A DNA stretch of 64,000 bases, from positions 948,333 through 1,012,332 of the forward strand of contig OY760142.1 in the NCBI GenBank assembly GCA_963663225.1, read 5' to 3'. Positions within the stretch are counted from its first letter, which is position 1, and each line of letters starts with the position of its first letter. The notes under the pieces were generated by a model. The model made no database searches and was not told the DNA's origin. It saw only the letters and a list, made by a program, of their open reading frames with translations. This document shows positions 1-9,439 of the stretch, in pieces. The stretch comes from Nitrospirota bacterium. GTDB lineage: Bacteria; Nitrospirota; UBA9217. Position numbers and translations under genes: made by a program.

Positions 1-1
1 A

Positions 2-190
2 ACCTATTGCGCCGCCTGCAGGGAATCCATGGTACGGGGCGGAAAAAAATCGCTCCATATTCTGGACCTTGTTTTCGGCGGCCCGTGGAAGCTTGACTCC
101 AGTTATCCGGAACTTCCGGGCAACCCTCTCACCGGCTGGGTGAACCGATACAAGGCAAAAAAACTGATCAACAAAATCGCCAAATCCTAA
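2..190 (+). CDS. partial CDS, 3' end of an upstream gene of unknown function (ends ...GWVNRYKAKKLINKIAKS, TAA at 188-190)
   Basis: Frame 2 is open from the window edge to the TAA at 188. No recognisable motif. Confidence 0.3.
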   Translation, partial: TYCAACRESMVRGGKKSLHILDLVFGGPWKLDSSYPELPGNPLTGWVNRYKAKKLINKIAKS

Positions 191-274
191 ACCCCTTACC
201 AAGGGAATTCGCTATACTTTAAAAATGCCGAGAATTTCAGTCTGTTTGATATCTTTTTATGAAAGGAGAGTTTT

Positions 275-1255
275 ATGATAAAAAGTATGCGGAATAAAAG
301 TCTGATTGGTATGCTTGTCCTGCTGGTCTGTCTTGCTTCGGCTGCAACGATGTACGCCAAGGAAAATTACAAGGGCTATGTAAAAGGAGAAGTGTTCATC
401 ACCGCACAGGAACTCAACGGCCTCATACAGGCAAAGGACCAGAAGCTGGTCGTCATCGCGGTCGCCAACGCGAAAGACTACTACCTCGGCCATGTTCCGG
501 GTTCCTTCCAGATGTGGCGGCCTGATTATGAAGCTGATCCCGCGACACAGGGCGGCGTAACGGACAACCTCATTCAGCCGGAAGGGTTCACTAAACTGAT
601 GCAGAGAATCGGCGTCAATGCAGACTCCAAAGTCGTCGTATATGACCATAAATACGACGCAACCAGAATCTGGTGGGCCTTCTATTATTACGGCAAGACT
701 GACGTTCGCGTGCTCGACGGAGGACTGAAGGCATGGACCAAGGCTGGTTACGGCACTGATCTCCTGGCCAGCAAAGACCCGCGGCCGGGGACATGGGTCG
801 CAAAAATTACCTATCCAACGCTCCGCGTTGACACACCGGAAATACTTGGATTGAAAGACAAGAAAGATGCGCAGTTGTGGGACGTCCGGGGCGACTCGGA
901 ATCCTGCGGCAAGGAAATCAAACAAGGCGCGTTTCGCGCCGGACGAATTCCCTGGGGCGTTCAGGCGGATTATGTGCTTCTCAAAAAGAAGGACAATGAT
1001 GCCGAGTGGTTGACTGCCGAAGAGGTTCAGAAAGTTGTAAAAAAACTCGGCGTGAACCCCAAGATGCAGCAGTATTTCTATTGCCAGTCCGGCGTTCGCT
1101 GCTCACAGTGGATCATTACCCTTTATGCTATGGGCTGGCCGATCTCGAAAATGCACAACTACGACGGTTCCTGGATTGCCTGGTCGAAGGATGAAAAACT
1201 TCCTATAGAAACGGGCTGTCCGGACACCACGCCGGCTCCCTGGCAAAAGAAATAA
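275..1255 (+). CDS. exported two-domain rhodanese (thiosulfate/3-mercaptopyruvate sulfurtransferase)
   Basis: AAGGAG RBS lies 7 nt before the ATG. N-terminal signal peptide MIKSMRNKSLIGMLVLLVCLASAATMYA. Tandem rhodanese domains with the active-site loop CQSGVRCS. Confidence 0.8.
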   Translation: MIKSMRNKSLIGMLVLLVCLASAATMYAKENYKGYVKGEVFITAQELNGLIQAKDQKLVVIAVANAKDYYLGHVPGSFQMWRPDYEADPATQGGVTDNLIQPEGFTKLMQRIGVNADSKVVVYDHKYDATRIWWAFYYYGKTDVRVLDGGLKAWTKAGYGTDLLASKDPRPGTWVAKITYPTLRVDTPEILGLKDKKDAQLWDVRGDSESCGKEIKQGAFRAGRIPWGVQADYVLLKKKDNDAEWLTAEEVQKVVKKLGVNPKMQQYFYCQSGVRCSQWIITLYAMGWPISKMHNYDGSWIAWSKDEKLPIETGCPDTTPAPWQKK

Positions 1256-1278
1256 TTTATATTTCAGTTCCGCTCCAT

Positions 1279-1313
1279 AAGCAAAAGCCCTGGACAACCC
1301 AGGGCTTTTGCTT
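1279..1313. terminator. perfect 15-bp hairpin (AAGCAAAAGCCCTGG / CCAGGGCTTTTGCTT) between the convergent rhodanese and GNAT genes
   Basis: The inverted repeat was read directly. There is no clean U-tract, so it may act as a bidirectional terminator. Confidence 0.5.
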
Positions 1314-1352
1314 ACAGTGAGATTCTCGTGAACCATTATGCATGAGGGAAAA

Positions 1353-1832
1353 TCAACACGCTATCCGTTCTTTTTTTAATTCAAGGAATAGGTTCGTCCT
1401 CGCGAATGGCGACTTGAGTTCCGGAGTAAACTCCCTGAACCCGAGACTGGAGTATAAATTAACCGCCGGCACCAAAATGCTGTTGGTTTCAATGACAATT
1501 CTTTCTGCGCCGTGGGACCAGCAAAATTCCATCACACGCTTACACAGCCTGCGTCCCACTCCTTTGCCCTAGTGTTTTTCGTCAACTCCCAGTTTTGCCA
1601 ATTCTCAATCGCCGCCGGATAGTTTCTGGGCCGCACACGTTCCGACCGTAATTCCATGTATGTGAGCAAAAAATATCTGCCCGCCCGGAAGAATAATTTT
1701 TTCGCATGGATTATCCAGCAGCTCCAGGTCGGCTGCTTCAAGAGTAAAATACCGCTCAATCCATGCGCGGTTAAGCCTTGCAAATTCGCTTGCCAAACTT
1801 TCAGCATAGGTAACGATTCGTACGGAATTCAT
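1353..1832 (-). pseudogene. GNAT family N-acetyltransferase interrupted by two in-frame stop codons (TGA at 1607-1605, TAG at 1571-1569)
   Basis: The ORFs 1605..1868 (N-terminal part) and 1353..1559 (C-terminal part) are in the same frame. Translating the bridge gives ...SGGD*ELAKLGVDEKH*GKGVGRRL... This is the GNAT motif A (ELxxLxV...R/Q-G-K-G-I-G), with the TAG sitting exactly at the conserved R/Q position. The likely start is the ATG at 1832. Confidence 0.6.
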
Positions 1833-2070
1833 GCTGTGCTCAACCTTTCTGGTTGACGGTTCCAGCAAAAAAAAAGGGCAAGCTGTACCCTGTGCATTGC
1901 ATGTCGCACGGGCGTAATGATTGGTAGCTGCTTAGTCTTTCAGGACGTTGCTGATAATAAAAAAGATGAAAACTGTCTTGCCAGCGTTGCTGACAGCCAC
2001 GACAACTGTCGTTGAGATGAGTATTACTCTGAAGGGTTTTCAGAACAGGTTTTTGCTATGAAATGGTCCG

Positions 2071-3603
2071 TTATGATGGGGTACGCATGTCCTGTTCGCG
2101 ATATCTGACCCGTAGTTCTTTTTTCATGATCTTCCCGGTTGCGTTTCGCGGAAGATCGTCGGTGAAAATGAATCTTCGGGCGATCTTGTAGTGTGCGACG
2201 TGTTTTGAAAGGTATTCTCGGAGCGCTTTTGCCGTCACGTTTGCGTCTTCGTGCAACACCACATACATGATCGCCAGTTCCTTGCCCTCTTCGTGCTCAT
2301 GCGACACGCCGATCATGGCGCAGTCCTTGATCGCCGGATGCCGGTGGAGCACTTCTTCCACCTCATAGGGATAGACGTTCAGACCGTCCACAATGATCAT
2401 GTCTTTTTTTCGGTCGATAATCCGAATATGCCCTGTTTCTTCGATGCAGGCAACGTCACCGGTGTAAAGCCATCCGTCCTTGATGGTTTTTGACGTGTCC
2501 TCAGGCTTGTTCAGATAGCCTTGCATGACGCTCGGCCCCTTCACGATAAGTTCTCCGGCTTCACCAGCGGCCACGGGAACGCCGGAGTCGTCGACCACTC
2601 TGACTTCTATGCCCGGCAGCGGCAGGCCTACGGTGCCGGGTTTTCTCTTGGCAAGCTCCGGTGGGTTGACGGCAACCACCGGAGAGGCTTCCGTCAGTCC
2701 GTATCCTTCGATAAGCATCACCTTGAAGGTCTTTTCAAACTCATGGATTACCTTAACCGGCAGCGGCGCCGCGCCGCAAATGCAGAGCCTGAGATTCAGC
2801 AGGAGTTTCACGAAGAACGGCATATTCTTCTCTGCGAGGATTTTATACACTGTGGGAATGGCGACAAAAAGCGTGATGCGGTCCATAATGAGGCTTTTTA
2901 CGACCCGGGAAAACGGCCGGACGCCGGGAAGCAGTGAAATCATGGACCCCGTTACCAGCGGAACGATTACGCACACGGTATAGGTAAACGAATGAAACAG
3001 GGGCAGGAAGACAACGAAACGGTCTTTTTGTTTGATTTGAAAAACTTTTGTCGATGCGAAGGCGTTCATAAGGATGTTGCGGTGCGTCAGACACGCTCCC
3101 TTGGGTCGGCCCGTGGTCCCCGATGTATAAAGGATCGTTGAGACATCATCCACAGAATGCTCAGGGGTATCGGCCGGTTCGCCCGACAAAAGAGAATTCA
3201 CTACTTCGGAAAGAGGAATGAACGTGCGGGAATTCGTCTCGGTAAGTTTCTGAACCGTTCCTGCGCAATCCGTGTCGTAGAAGCAGGTGTGAACGTCCGC
3301 ATCATTTAAAATAAAGTCAATCTCTTCGTGCGTCAGCAGATTATTGAGCGGAAGGACAACGCCGCCGCCGCGAATAATCCCGAAATATGCCGCAATATAG
3401 TCCGGACAGTTATGGGCAAGGAGCGCTACCCTATCGCCCGGCGTCATACCGCGGCGCAGAAGAAATTCCGCGAACACGTTTGCCTGCTGGTCCATGTCTC
3501 TATAGGAGAATTTTTTACCTTCAAATCGTATGAATGTTTTGCGCGGGGCAAGGGCAGCACGCCTGCGCAGCAAGTGGTCAAGCGGAAGGACATCTTTTAT
3601 CAT
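2071..3603 (-). CDS. AMP-dependent synthetase/ligase (long-chain acyl-CoA synthetase family)
   Basis: AMP-binding P-loop LYTSGTTGRPKG. The proposed start ATG at 3603 (MIKDVLPLDH...) is preceded by a GGGAG RBS. The longer ORF that runs to 3750 lacks an RBS. Confidence 0.85.
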   Translation of the reverse strand: MIKDVLPLDHLLRRRAALAPRKTFIRFEGKKFSYRDMDQQANVFAEFLLRRGMTPGDRVALLAHNCPDYIAAYFGIIRGGGVVLPLNNLLTHEEIDFILNDADVHTCFYDTDCAGTVQKLTETNSRTFIPLSEVVNSLLSGEPADTPEHSVDDVSTILYTSGTTGRPKGACLTHRNILMNAFASTKVFQIKQKDRFVVFLPLFHSFTYTVCVIVPLVTGSMISLLPGVRPFSRVVKSLIMDRITLFVAIPTVYKILAEKNMPFFVKLLLNLRLCICGAAPLPVKVIHEFEKTFKVMLIEGYGLTEASPVVAVNPPELAKRKPGTVGLPLPGIEVRVVDDSGVPVAAGEAGELIVKGPSVMQGYLNKPEDTSKTIKDGWLYTGDVACIEETGHIRIIDRKKDMIIVDGLNVYPYEVEEVLHRHPAIKDCAMIGVSHEHEEGKELAIMYVVLHEDANVTAKALREYLSKHVAHYKIARRFIFTDDLPRNATGKIMKKELRVRYREQDMRTPS

Positions 3604-3920
3604 GGGAACTCCCGATAGCGGAGAAATCACAATTTCTGACGGAGGACTATACCACAAGTCGCCTAGAAGGAAAAGCAAAATATTGCAGAAATTACCGCGA
3701 AAAATAAGCCCTGAAAAAGACAAAATCCCGTCCTGTTTGGCTGTATCCATTTTCCGAAGCCGGTACGCGCCGGGAATACGGAGCGGAAGCTTGACAAAAT
3801 ACAGGATATATTATATCCTATTTATATGCCGTCTGGTTCCTGACGAGAACCGGGAATCCAGGTACAAGACAAGGCTACAACTACACCATTTCAAAAGGAC
3901 ATATATTAGGAGGCAATCAG

Positions 3921-4451
3921 ATGGAGCGAACAGATGTAATAACCATGAAAGGCAAACCGCTTACCATTACCGGCAACGACCTCAACCCGGGAGACAAGGC
4001 GCCCGACTTTACCGTTCTGGACGCCAATCTCGCGGAAGTGCGGCTCGGCGACTTTAAGGGAAAGATCAAAGTCATCAGCGTAACACCTTCTCTGGACACG
4101 CCGGTATGCGATCTGCAGCTGCGGAGATTTAACCATGAAGCGGCAGCGCTGCCGTCCGAGGTGGAAGTCCTGAACATCAGCATGGATTTGCCCTTTGCAA
4201 TTTCCCGCTTCTGCGCTACTGCCGATATCGAACGGGCGCGAGCGCTTTCCGACCATCGGGAAGCGTCATTTGGAAGGGCCTATGGGGTTTTGATCAAAGA
4301 GCTGCGCCTTCTTGCAAGATCGATTTTCATCATAGACAAGGATAATATCGTCCGGTATCGGGAAATCGTTTCGGAACAGACTAACCATCCCGATTATGAC
4401 AAGGCGCTGGTAAAGTTGAACCACTTGCTCGCTGCAGCGAAAGCCGCGTAA
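3921..4451 (+). CDS. tpx: thiol peroxidase (atypical 2-Cys peroxiredoxin)
   Basis: AGGAGG RBS. Tpx-type sequence, including the peroxidatic Cys context SLDTPVCD. Confidence 0.9.
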   Translation: MERTDVITMKGKPLTITGNDLNPGDKAPDFTVLDANLAEVRLGDFKGKIKVISVTPSLDTPVCDLQLRRFNHEAAALPSEVEVLNISMDLPFAISRFCATADIERARALSDHREASFGRAYGVLIKELRLLARSIFIIDKDNIVRYREIVSEQTNHPDYDKALVKLNHLLAAAKAA

Positions 4452-4485
4452 AAAAAGCAGGTGTCGGGGAAAACGAGAAAAGAAA

Positions 4486-4516
4486 AAGGCGGACATCGTT
4501 GTGCGATGTCCGCCTT
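4486..4516. terminator. rho-independent terminator for cspA (minus strand), also lying downstream of tpx
   Basis: 13-bp perfect stem AAGGCGGACATCG / CGATGTCCGCCTT. On the minus strand it is followed by TTTTTCTTTTCTCGTTTT. Confidence 0.55.
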
Positions 4517-4536
4517 CTAAGGTTTGGCTTGGTGTT

Positions 4537-4737
4537 TTATTCTTTTACAACATTCGCTGCTTTCGGGCCCTTGGGGCTGTCAACAACGTCAAACGTCACG
4601 TTCTGACCTTCGGCCAGGGACTTGAATCCGCTGTCCTGAATGTCTGAGAAGTGGACAAAAACATCTCCGCCGTCTTCCTTGGTAATGAATCCGAAACCTT
4701 TGGAATCATTGAACCATTTTACGGTTCCTTTTGCCAT
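4537..4737 (-). CDS. cspA: cold-shock protein (CspA family, S1-like CSD)
   Basis: [18 protein letters not shown]... with RNP motifs. An AGGAGG RBS lies upstream. Confidence 0.9.
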   Translation of the reverse strand: MAKGTVKWFNDSKGFGFITKEDGGDVFVHFSDIQDSGFKSLAEGQNVTFDVVDSPKGPKAANVVKE

Positions 4738-5004
4738 TCAGCATGAACCTCCTTCTGTGGATATTGAAGATAGCGGAAACGTCACAAAAAATGCCGCAAA
4801 AGGGAACGATCTTTGCGGCTTCTCTTCAACAAAGACTTCCGAACTTCGGCGGCATGATCCCATACCAGCCGGAAAAAGTCAAGACATTTCAAGAACCGCG
4901 GGGAGTTTTTTTCACGGTTGAATCACCGGGCCGTCTGGACACCGGGTAAGAGAGATAGTATACTTCGCTATAGAATCTGTGCGTTTATACTGCAAGGAGA
5001 AAAA

Positions 5005-6837
5005 ATGACACGAAAAAACCAGCGGGCGGCACGTAGAGAGCAAGCAACCTGGGACCTGAAGCCGCTTTTTAAAAGTGACGATGCACCGGAGATTGAGCAG
5101 AAAAGGAAGATCATCGAGCAAAAGAGCTATGAATTCATCAACGCCTGGAAAGACCGCACGGATTACCTGGAGGATCCCGTTGTTTTGCGTCAGGCCCTCG
5201 ACCAGTATGAAGCGTGGAAGCGGCTGTATGGGACTGACGGTGATGAAGGGTACTACTTCTGGCTTCGCACCCAGCAAGACCAGAACGATCCGAAACTGAA
5301 GGCAAAATTCAACCAGGTTGAGGATTTCAGCAGAAAAATCGAGAATGACAGCCAGTTCTTTCACCTGCGCATTGCCAGGATCAAACCAGAGAGACAGGCG
5401 GTGTTTCTCACCCACGGCGCCTTGGCACCGTATCGTCATTTTCTGGAGCGGATTTTCGCCGAATCGCGGTATCACTTGAGTGAACCGGAGGAGAAAATCC
5501 TCAACCTTAAATCAGCGACATCGTATTCGAACTGGACAAAAATGACCGCCGGTTTTCTTTCCAAGGAAACACGAACAGTCGCTACGGAAGACGGCGGCAA
5601 AAAAACCAGGACCTTTTCAGAGATTGTCGGACTGATGAACAGCAAAAGCAAACCCGTCCGCAATTCCGCTGCAAAAGCATTCAACCATATACTGCTGCAG
5701 CAGGCGGACGTGGCCGAGGCGGAATTGAATTCGGTCCTGGCAAACAAGAAAATCGACGACGAACTCAGAAACGCGCTCCGTCCGGACACACTCAGGCATC
5801 TTGCGGATGACATAGACAGCGACGTTGTGGACACGCTCATCGATTCCGTTGCCGGGCGGTTTTCAATCTCTGCGCGATATTACGCGCTCAAGGCCAAGCT
5901 GTTCAAAGTCTCCAGGCTCAAATACCACGAAAGAAACGTAGAGTTCGGCGCGGTCGCAAAGCACTATCCGTATTTTCGGGCGGCAAACCTGGTACACGGC
6001 GTTCTCGCAAAACTTGATGCAGAACTGGGAAGTATCGTCGCGGATTTCATCAAAAACGACCGGATTGACGCATATCCCAGAAAAGGCAAAGGCAGCGGCG
6101 CGTTCTGCATTTATCATCTCATGACGCAGCCCACCTATATCCTGCTGAACCACACCGGGAAGTTGCATGACGTTCTTACCATTGCGCACGAACTGGGCCA
6201 CGGCATCAACAACGAGCTCATCAAGAAAAAACAGCACGCTCTCGATTTTGGGACCCCGACTTCGACCGCTGAAGTGGCAAGCACGTTTATGGAGGATTTC
6301 GTTCTTGAAGAAATCCTGCGCAACGCAGACGACGAACTGCGGCTTGCCATCATGATGCAGAAGCTGAACGATGATATTTCCTCCATTTTCCGGCAGGTAG
6401 CATGCTACCGCTTCGAACAGGAACTGCACTCGGAATTCCGCGTCCGCGGCTATTTATCGAAAGATGAAATCGGCTCCCTTTTTCAGAAACACATGGCTTT
6501 GTATATGGGAGACGCGGTTGAACAGTCCCCGGGTTCCGAAAACTGGTGGGTGTACTGGAGCCACATCCGGTATTTCTTCTATGTGTACTCTTATGCAAGC
6601 GGGCTTCTGATTTCCAAGGCCCTTCAGCAGTCCGTGAAGCAAAACCCCGAGTTCATCACGAAGGTCAAGGAATTTCTTTCTGCCGGCCTTTCCGAGTCTC
6701 CCAAGAATATATTCGCAAAACTCGGCATCAACATCGCAGACAGGGAGTTCTGGAACCGCGGGTTGGACAGGGTGGAAATGCTCCTGGGCGAAACAGAGCG
6801 GCTTGCGGCGCACATGGGCAAGATCAGGAAAAAGTGA
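5005..6837 (+). CDS. pepF: oligoendopeptidase F (M3B family metallopeptidase)
   Basis: Zn-binding HELGHG motif (TIAHELGHGINNE). The start was moved to the ATG at 5005, which is preceded by GGAGAAAAA. The frame is open from 4918. Confidence 0.85.
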   Translation: MTRKNQRAARREQATWDLKPLFKSDDAPEIEQKRKIIEQKSYEFINAWKDRTDYLEDPVVLRQALDQYEAWKRLYGTDGDEGYYFWLRTQQDQNDPKLKAKFNQVEDFSRKIENDSQFFHLRIARIKPERQAVFLTHGALAPYRHFLERIFAESRYHLSEPEEKILNLKSATSYSNWTKMTAGFLSKETRTVATEDGGKKTRTFSEIVGLMNSKSKPVRNSAAKAFNHILLQQADVAEAELNSVLANKKIDDELRNALRPDTLRHLADDIDSDVVDTLIDSVAGRFSISARYYALKAKLFKVSRLKYHERNVEFGAVAKHYPYFRAANLVHGVLAKLDAELGSIVADFIKNDRIDAYPRKGKGSGAFCIYHLMTQPTYILLNHTGKLHDVLTIAHELGHGINNELIKKKQHALDFGTPTSTAEVASTFMEDFVLEEILRNADDELRLAIMMQKLNDDISSIFRQVACYRFEQELHSEFRVRGYLSKDEIGSLFQKHMALYMGDAVEQSPGSENWWVYWSHIRYFFYVYSYASGLLISKALQQSVKQNPEFITKVKEFLSAGLSESPKNIFAKLGINIADREFWNRGLDRVEMLLGETERLAAHMGKIRKK

Positions 6838-6946
6838 GAATACAAACGCCTGCTGTTGAAGGTCAGAGAGTTAATTGCTTCTGATTTTAAACTTGATTGG
6901 GATTCTGCAAGGACTTAATTTTTAGATGGGAACTATCGTCTAAAAA

Positions 6947-7025
6947 TGGCGGGGTGGACGGGGCTCGAACCCGCGACCTCCGGCGTGACAGGCCGGCGTT
7001 CTAACCGGCTGAACTACCACCCCGC
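6947..7025 (-). tRNA. tRNA-Asp (anticodon GTC)
   Basis: The reverse complement folds as a cloverleaf with anticodon loop CUGUCAC. It is highly similar to canonical tRNA-Asp. CCA is encoded. Confidence 0.85.
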
Positions 7026-7056
7026 GTGTGAAGAACTGAACAGAATGAAGTTGATT

Positions 7057-7131
7057 TGGTAGGCGGAACAGGGATCGAACCTGTGACCCCAGCCTTGTAA
7101 GGGCTGTGCTCTCCCAGCTGAGCTACCCGCC
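7057..7131 (-). tRNA. tRNA-Val (anticodon TAC)
   Basis: The reverse complement GGCGGGTAGCTCAGCTGGGAGAGCACAGCCCTTACAAGGCTGG...CCGCCTACCA has anticodon loop CUUACAA. Confidence 0.85.
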
Positions 7132-7182
7132 CGGTTCCAACCAGCAACATGGAAATCGTAATATCTATTATTCGAGAACAAA

Positions 7183-7188
7183 AGTCAA
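7183..7188 (-). promoter_or_regulatory. candidate -35 (TTGACT) of the promoter driving the tRNA-Val/tRNA-Asp pair
   Basis: TTGACT lies about 52 nt upstream of the tRNA-Val 5' end. The downstream -10 is AT-rich but not consensus. Confidence 0.3.
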
Positions 7189-7228
7189 GCGAAATTTATG
7201 CCGGTTTCGCTCGATTTGCAACCGGCAC

Positions 7229-9130
7229 TTACTCTCTGAAAGACAGAACCAGTTCATAGAGACCGCTCTCCACGCGTTTTTCAATATTGAATCCCGCCTT
7301 CTCAAAAAGATAGAGCATGTGCCGGTTCTCCATCAGAACGGTTGCGGTGAATCCGAGCAGACCCCTCTTTTTTGCCAGATAGGTGACATATTCAAGCAGC
7401 ACATTACCGATGCCTTTGTCCTGGTAATCGTCGCGGACGACAAAGCCTACATCAGCGGTGTTTGCAGCTTCATAGATGGTATACTGAGCCATCCCCACAA
7501 CCCTTTCCTTTTCCTGTTGCTGCATCACCGCGAGAATGACCATTTCCTTGGTATAGTCGATAACAACAAGCGGTTGAAGGCGTTCATGGTGCATGTCGAT
7601 GCGCGCAGTCATGTACCGACGGTACATGCAATCATCCGACAGGGAATAAAAAAAGTCCTTCAACAAAGGTTCATCGCTCAGCTTTACCGGCCTGAGCAAA
7701 AGATTGAGTCCCGTGTCGGTGGTTTTATACGTTTCCAGTTCTGCCGGGTATTCTCCTTTTGCCCCCGGGATGAATGCCTGATCCTGATAAATAAGGTTTC
7801 TGTGCTTCGCTTCTCTGATGAGCCCTTCCCGGAATCGGGGGTGTGCAATGGCGATCAGATCCATGGCACGTTCGCGGATATTTTTGCCGTGGAGATAGGC
7901 GATACCGTATTCGGTCACCACGTAATGCGCGTCTCCCCGGGAAAACGTTACACCCGATCCCTCTTTGAGGAAAGGAACGATGCGCGAGGTTTCTCCGTTT
8001 TCGGCCGTTGACTGGATCGCAAGAATGGTTTTTCCGCCGGAAGACAGCATCGCGCCGCGCATAAAGTCGGCGTGTCCGCCAATCCCGCTGTAAAACATGG
8101 TTCCGAGCGACTCGGTTGTCGCTTGTCCGGAGAGGTCTATTTCCAGCGCACTGTTGATGGCCGTCATGTTCTTTTGTCTGGCAAGCACCAGCGGGTTGTT
8201 GGTGTAATCCACGGGTTTGAATTCAATGGATTCGTTTTCATGCAGGAATTCATACGTCGCGTGTTTCCCCATGCAGAATGCCGCGACCGTTTTGCCCGTG
8301 TCCAGTTCTTTGCGGGAGTTGTCGATAACACCGGCTTTTATCAGCTCGACAATGCCGTCAGTCAGAAGTTCGGTATGCACACCCAGGTGCTTCTTGTTTT
8401 TAAGATGAGCAAGCACTGCGTTTGGGATGCTTCCATACCCCACCTGGATCGTGTCTCCGTCCTGGACGATCCGCGCAATATAGGAGCCGATTTTCTGAGC
8501 GATTTCGTCAGAAACAGGCTCCTGGTATTCCAGAAGCGGCTCATCATGCGGAACAATGAAATCGACATCGCTGATGTTGAGAAACGTGTCTCCCGGCACC
8601 CGGGGCATGTGCACGTTCGGCTGGGCTATCACCAGCGCAGCGTTCTCGCACGCGGCTTTTACAATATCAACGCTGATGCCAAGACTCAGAAATCCGCGCT
8701 CGTCCGGAAGAGATGTCTGGACCAGCGCCACGTCAACAGGTACAAGCTTTTTCTGAAACAGTGCGGGAATTTGAGACAGGAAAATCGGCGTATAGTCAGC
8801 CAGGCCGCGGTTTACCGCGCGGCGGGTATTATTGCCGATAAAGAAAGAGTTGTGACGAAAATTTTCTTTGAACTTTTCGTCAGTGTACGGCGCCACGCCC
8901 AGGGTCCAGACCTGGAACAATTCCGCGTCGAAAAATGCTTTTGGGTGGGAATGGACATATTCGGTGAGGGCCCTGACAAGATACTGCGGTTCTCCGCACG
9001 CGGTTCCGACAAAGATGCGGTTCCCGGGATGAATGTTGCCGAAAATCAGCTCATTCGCAGCAAATTTCTGCGGATACCGCGATCTCAACAGATTCAAGTT
9101 TTCTTTGTCATCTGTATGCGCAGCCGTCAT
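7229..9130 (-). CDS. bifunctional acetyl-CoA hydrolase/transferase family protein with a C-terminal GNAT acetyltransferase domain
   Basis: The N-terminal roughly 500 aa has the acetyl-CoA hydrolase / 4-hydroxybutyrate CoA-transferase fold. The C-terminal roughly 130 aa is GNAT (VRDDYQDKGIGNVLLEYV...LFEKAGF). The start ATG at 9130 (MTAAHTDD...) has an AGGAAAG RBS. Confidence 0.8.
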   Translation of the reverse strand: MTAAHTDDKENLNLLRSRYPQKFAANELIFGNIHPGNRIFVGTACGEPQYLVRALTEYVHSHPKAFFDAELFQVWTLGVAPYTDEKFKENFRHNSFFIGNNTRRAVNRGLADYTPIFLSQIPALFQKKLVPVDVALVQTSLPDERGFLSLGISVDIVKAACENAALVIAQPNVHMPRVPGDTFLNISDVDFIVPHDEPLLEYQEPVSDEIAQKIGSYIARIVQDGDTIQVGYGSIPNAVLAHLKNKKHLGVHTELLTDGIVELIKAGVIDNSRKELDTGKTVAAFCMGKHATYEFLHENESIEFKPVDYTNNPLVLARQKNMTAINSALEIDLSGQATTESLGTMFYSGIGGHADFMRGAMLSSGGKTILAIQSTAENGETSRIVPFLKEGSGVTFSRGDAHYVVTEYGIAYLHGKNIRERAMDLIAIAHPRFREGLIREAKHRNLIYQDQAFIPGAKGEYPAELETYKTTDTGLNLLLRPVKLSDEPLLKDFFYSLSDDCMYRRYMTARIDMHHERLQPLVVIDYTKEMVILAVMQQQEKERVVGMAQYTIYEAANTADVGFVVRDDYQDKGIGNVLLEYVTYLAKKRGLLGFTATVLMENRHMLYLFEKAGFNIEKRVESGLYELVLSFRE

Positions 9131-9282
9131 AGGCTTTCCTTTTTGGATACAGTATATCAGAAAGAATACAGATGATGACAGAAAAATTCCAGCGAAAAAC
9201 GATTTTCCCGCACCGCCTTCGTGTGCTATACTACATGCAGTGCGCAATGTGACACAGCGCCGTTCTGCAGGCATGTATGCTC

Positions 9283-9406
9283 CTTAGTGGAGCCCCCTCC
9301 GACAGGAGCCGGAGGCTCCTTCGATAAGCGCGACCTCCCGTGACTTACTGCATTCCTCCCCTGGCAGGAGCCAGGGGATTCCATGTCGCAGGGATTGAAA
9401 AGAACT
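9283..9406 (+). repeat. REP/MITE-like about 120-bp hairpin-rich intergenic element, copy 1
   Basis: Near-identical to 54289..54405. It contains nested inverted repeats GGAGCC..CTCCG..CGGAG..GCTCC and CCCCTGGC-agga-GCCAGGGG. Confidence 0.6.
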
Positions 9407-9439
9407 CTGCGTTAACTCGGCAGTACTGTGAGGTGACTC

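Noticed and set aside
1353-1832. Idea that the GNAT TGA/TAG codons encode selenocysteine or pyrrolysine
   Set aside because: There is no SECIS-like hairpin or Pyl context. Two different stops in one small acetyltransferase would be unprecedented. Other genes in the window terminate normally at TGA/TAG. A nonsense-mutated pseudogene is more parsimonious. I still flagged it so the raw reads can be checked.
7106-8011. 301-aa plus-strand ORF
   Set aside because: It starts inside tRNA-Val and runs antisense to the well-supported acetyl-CoA hydrolase/GNAT gene. It has no homology signal or RBS, so it is a spurious shadow ORF.
8072-9175. 367-aa plus-strand ORF
   Set aside because: It is antisense to the same CoA-transferase gene and is a high-GC frame artefact.
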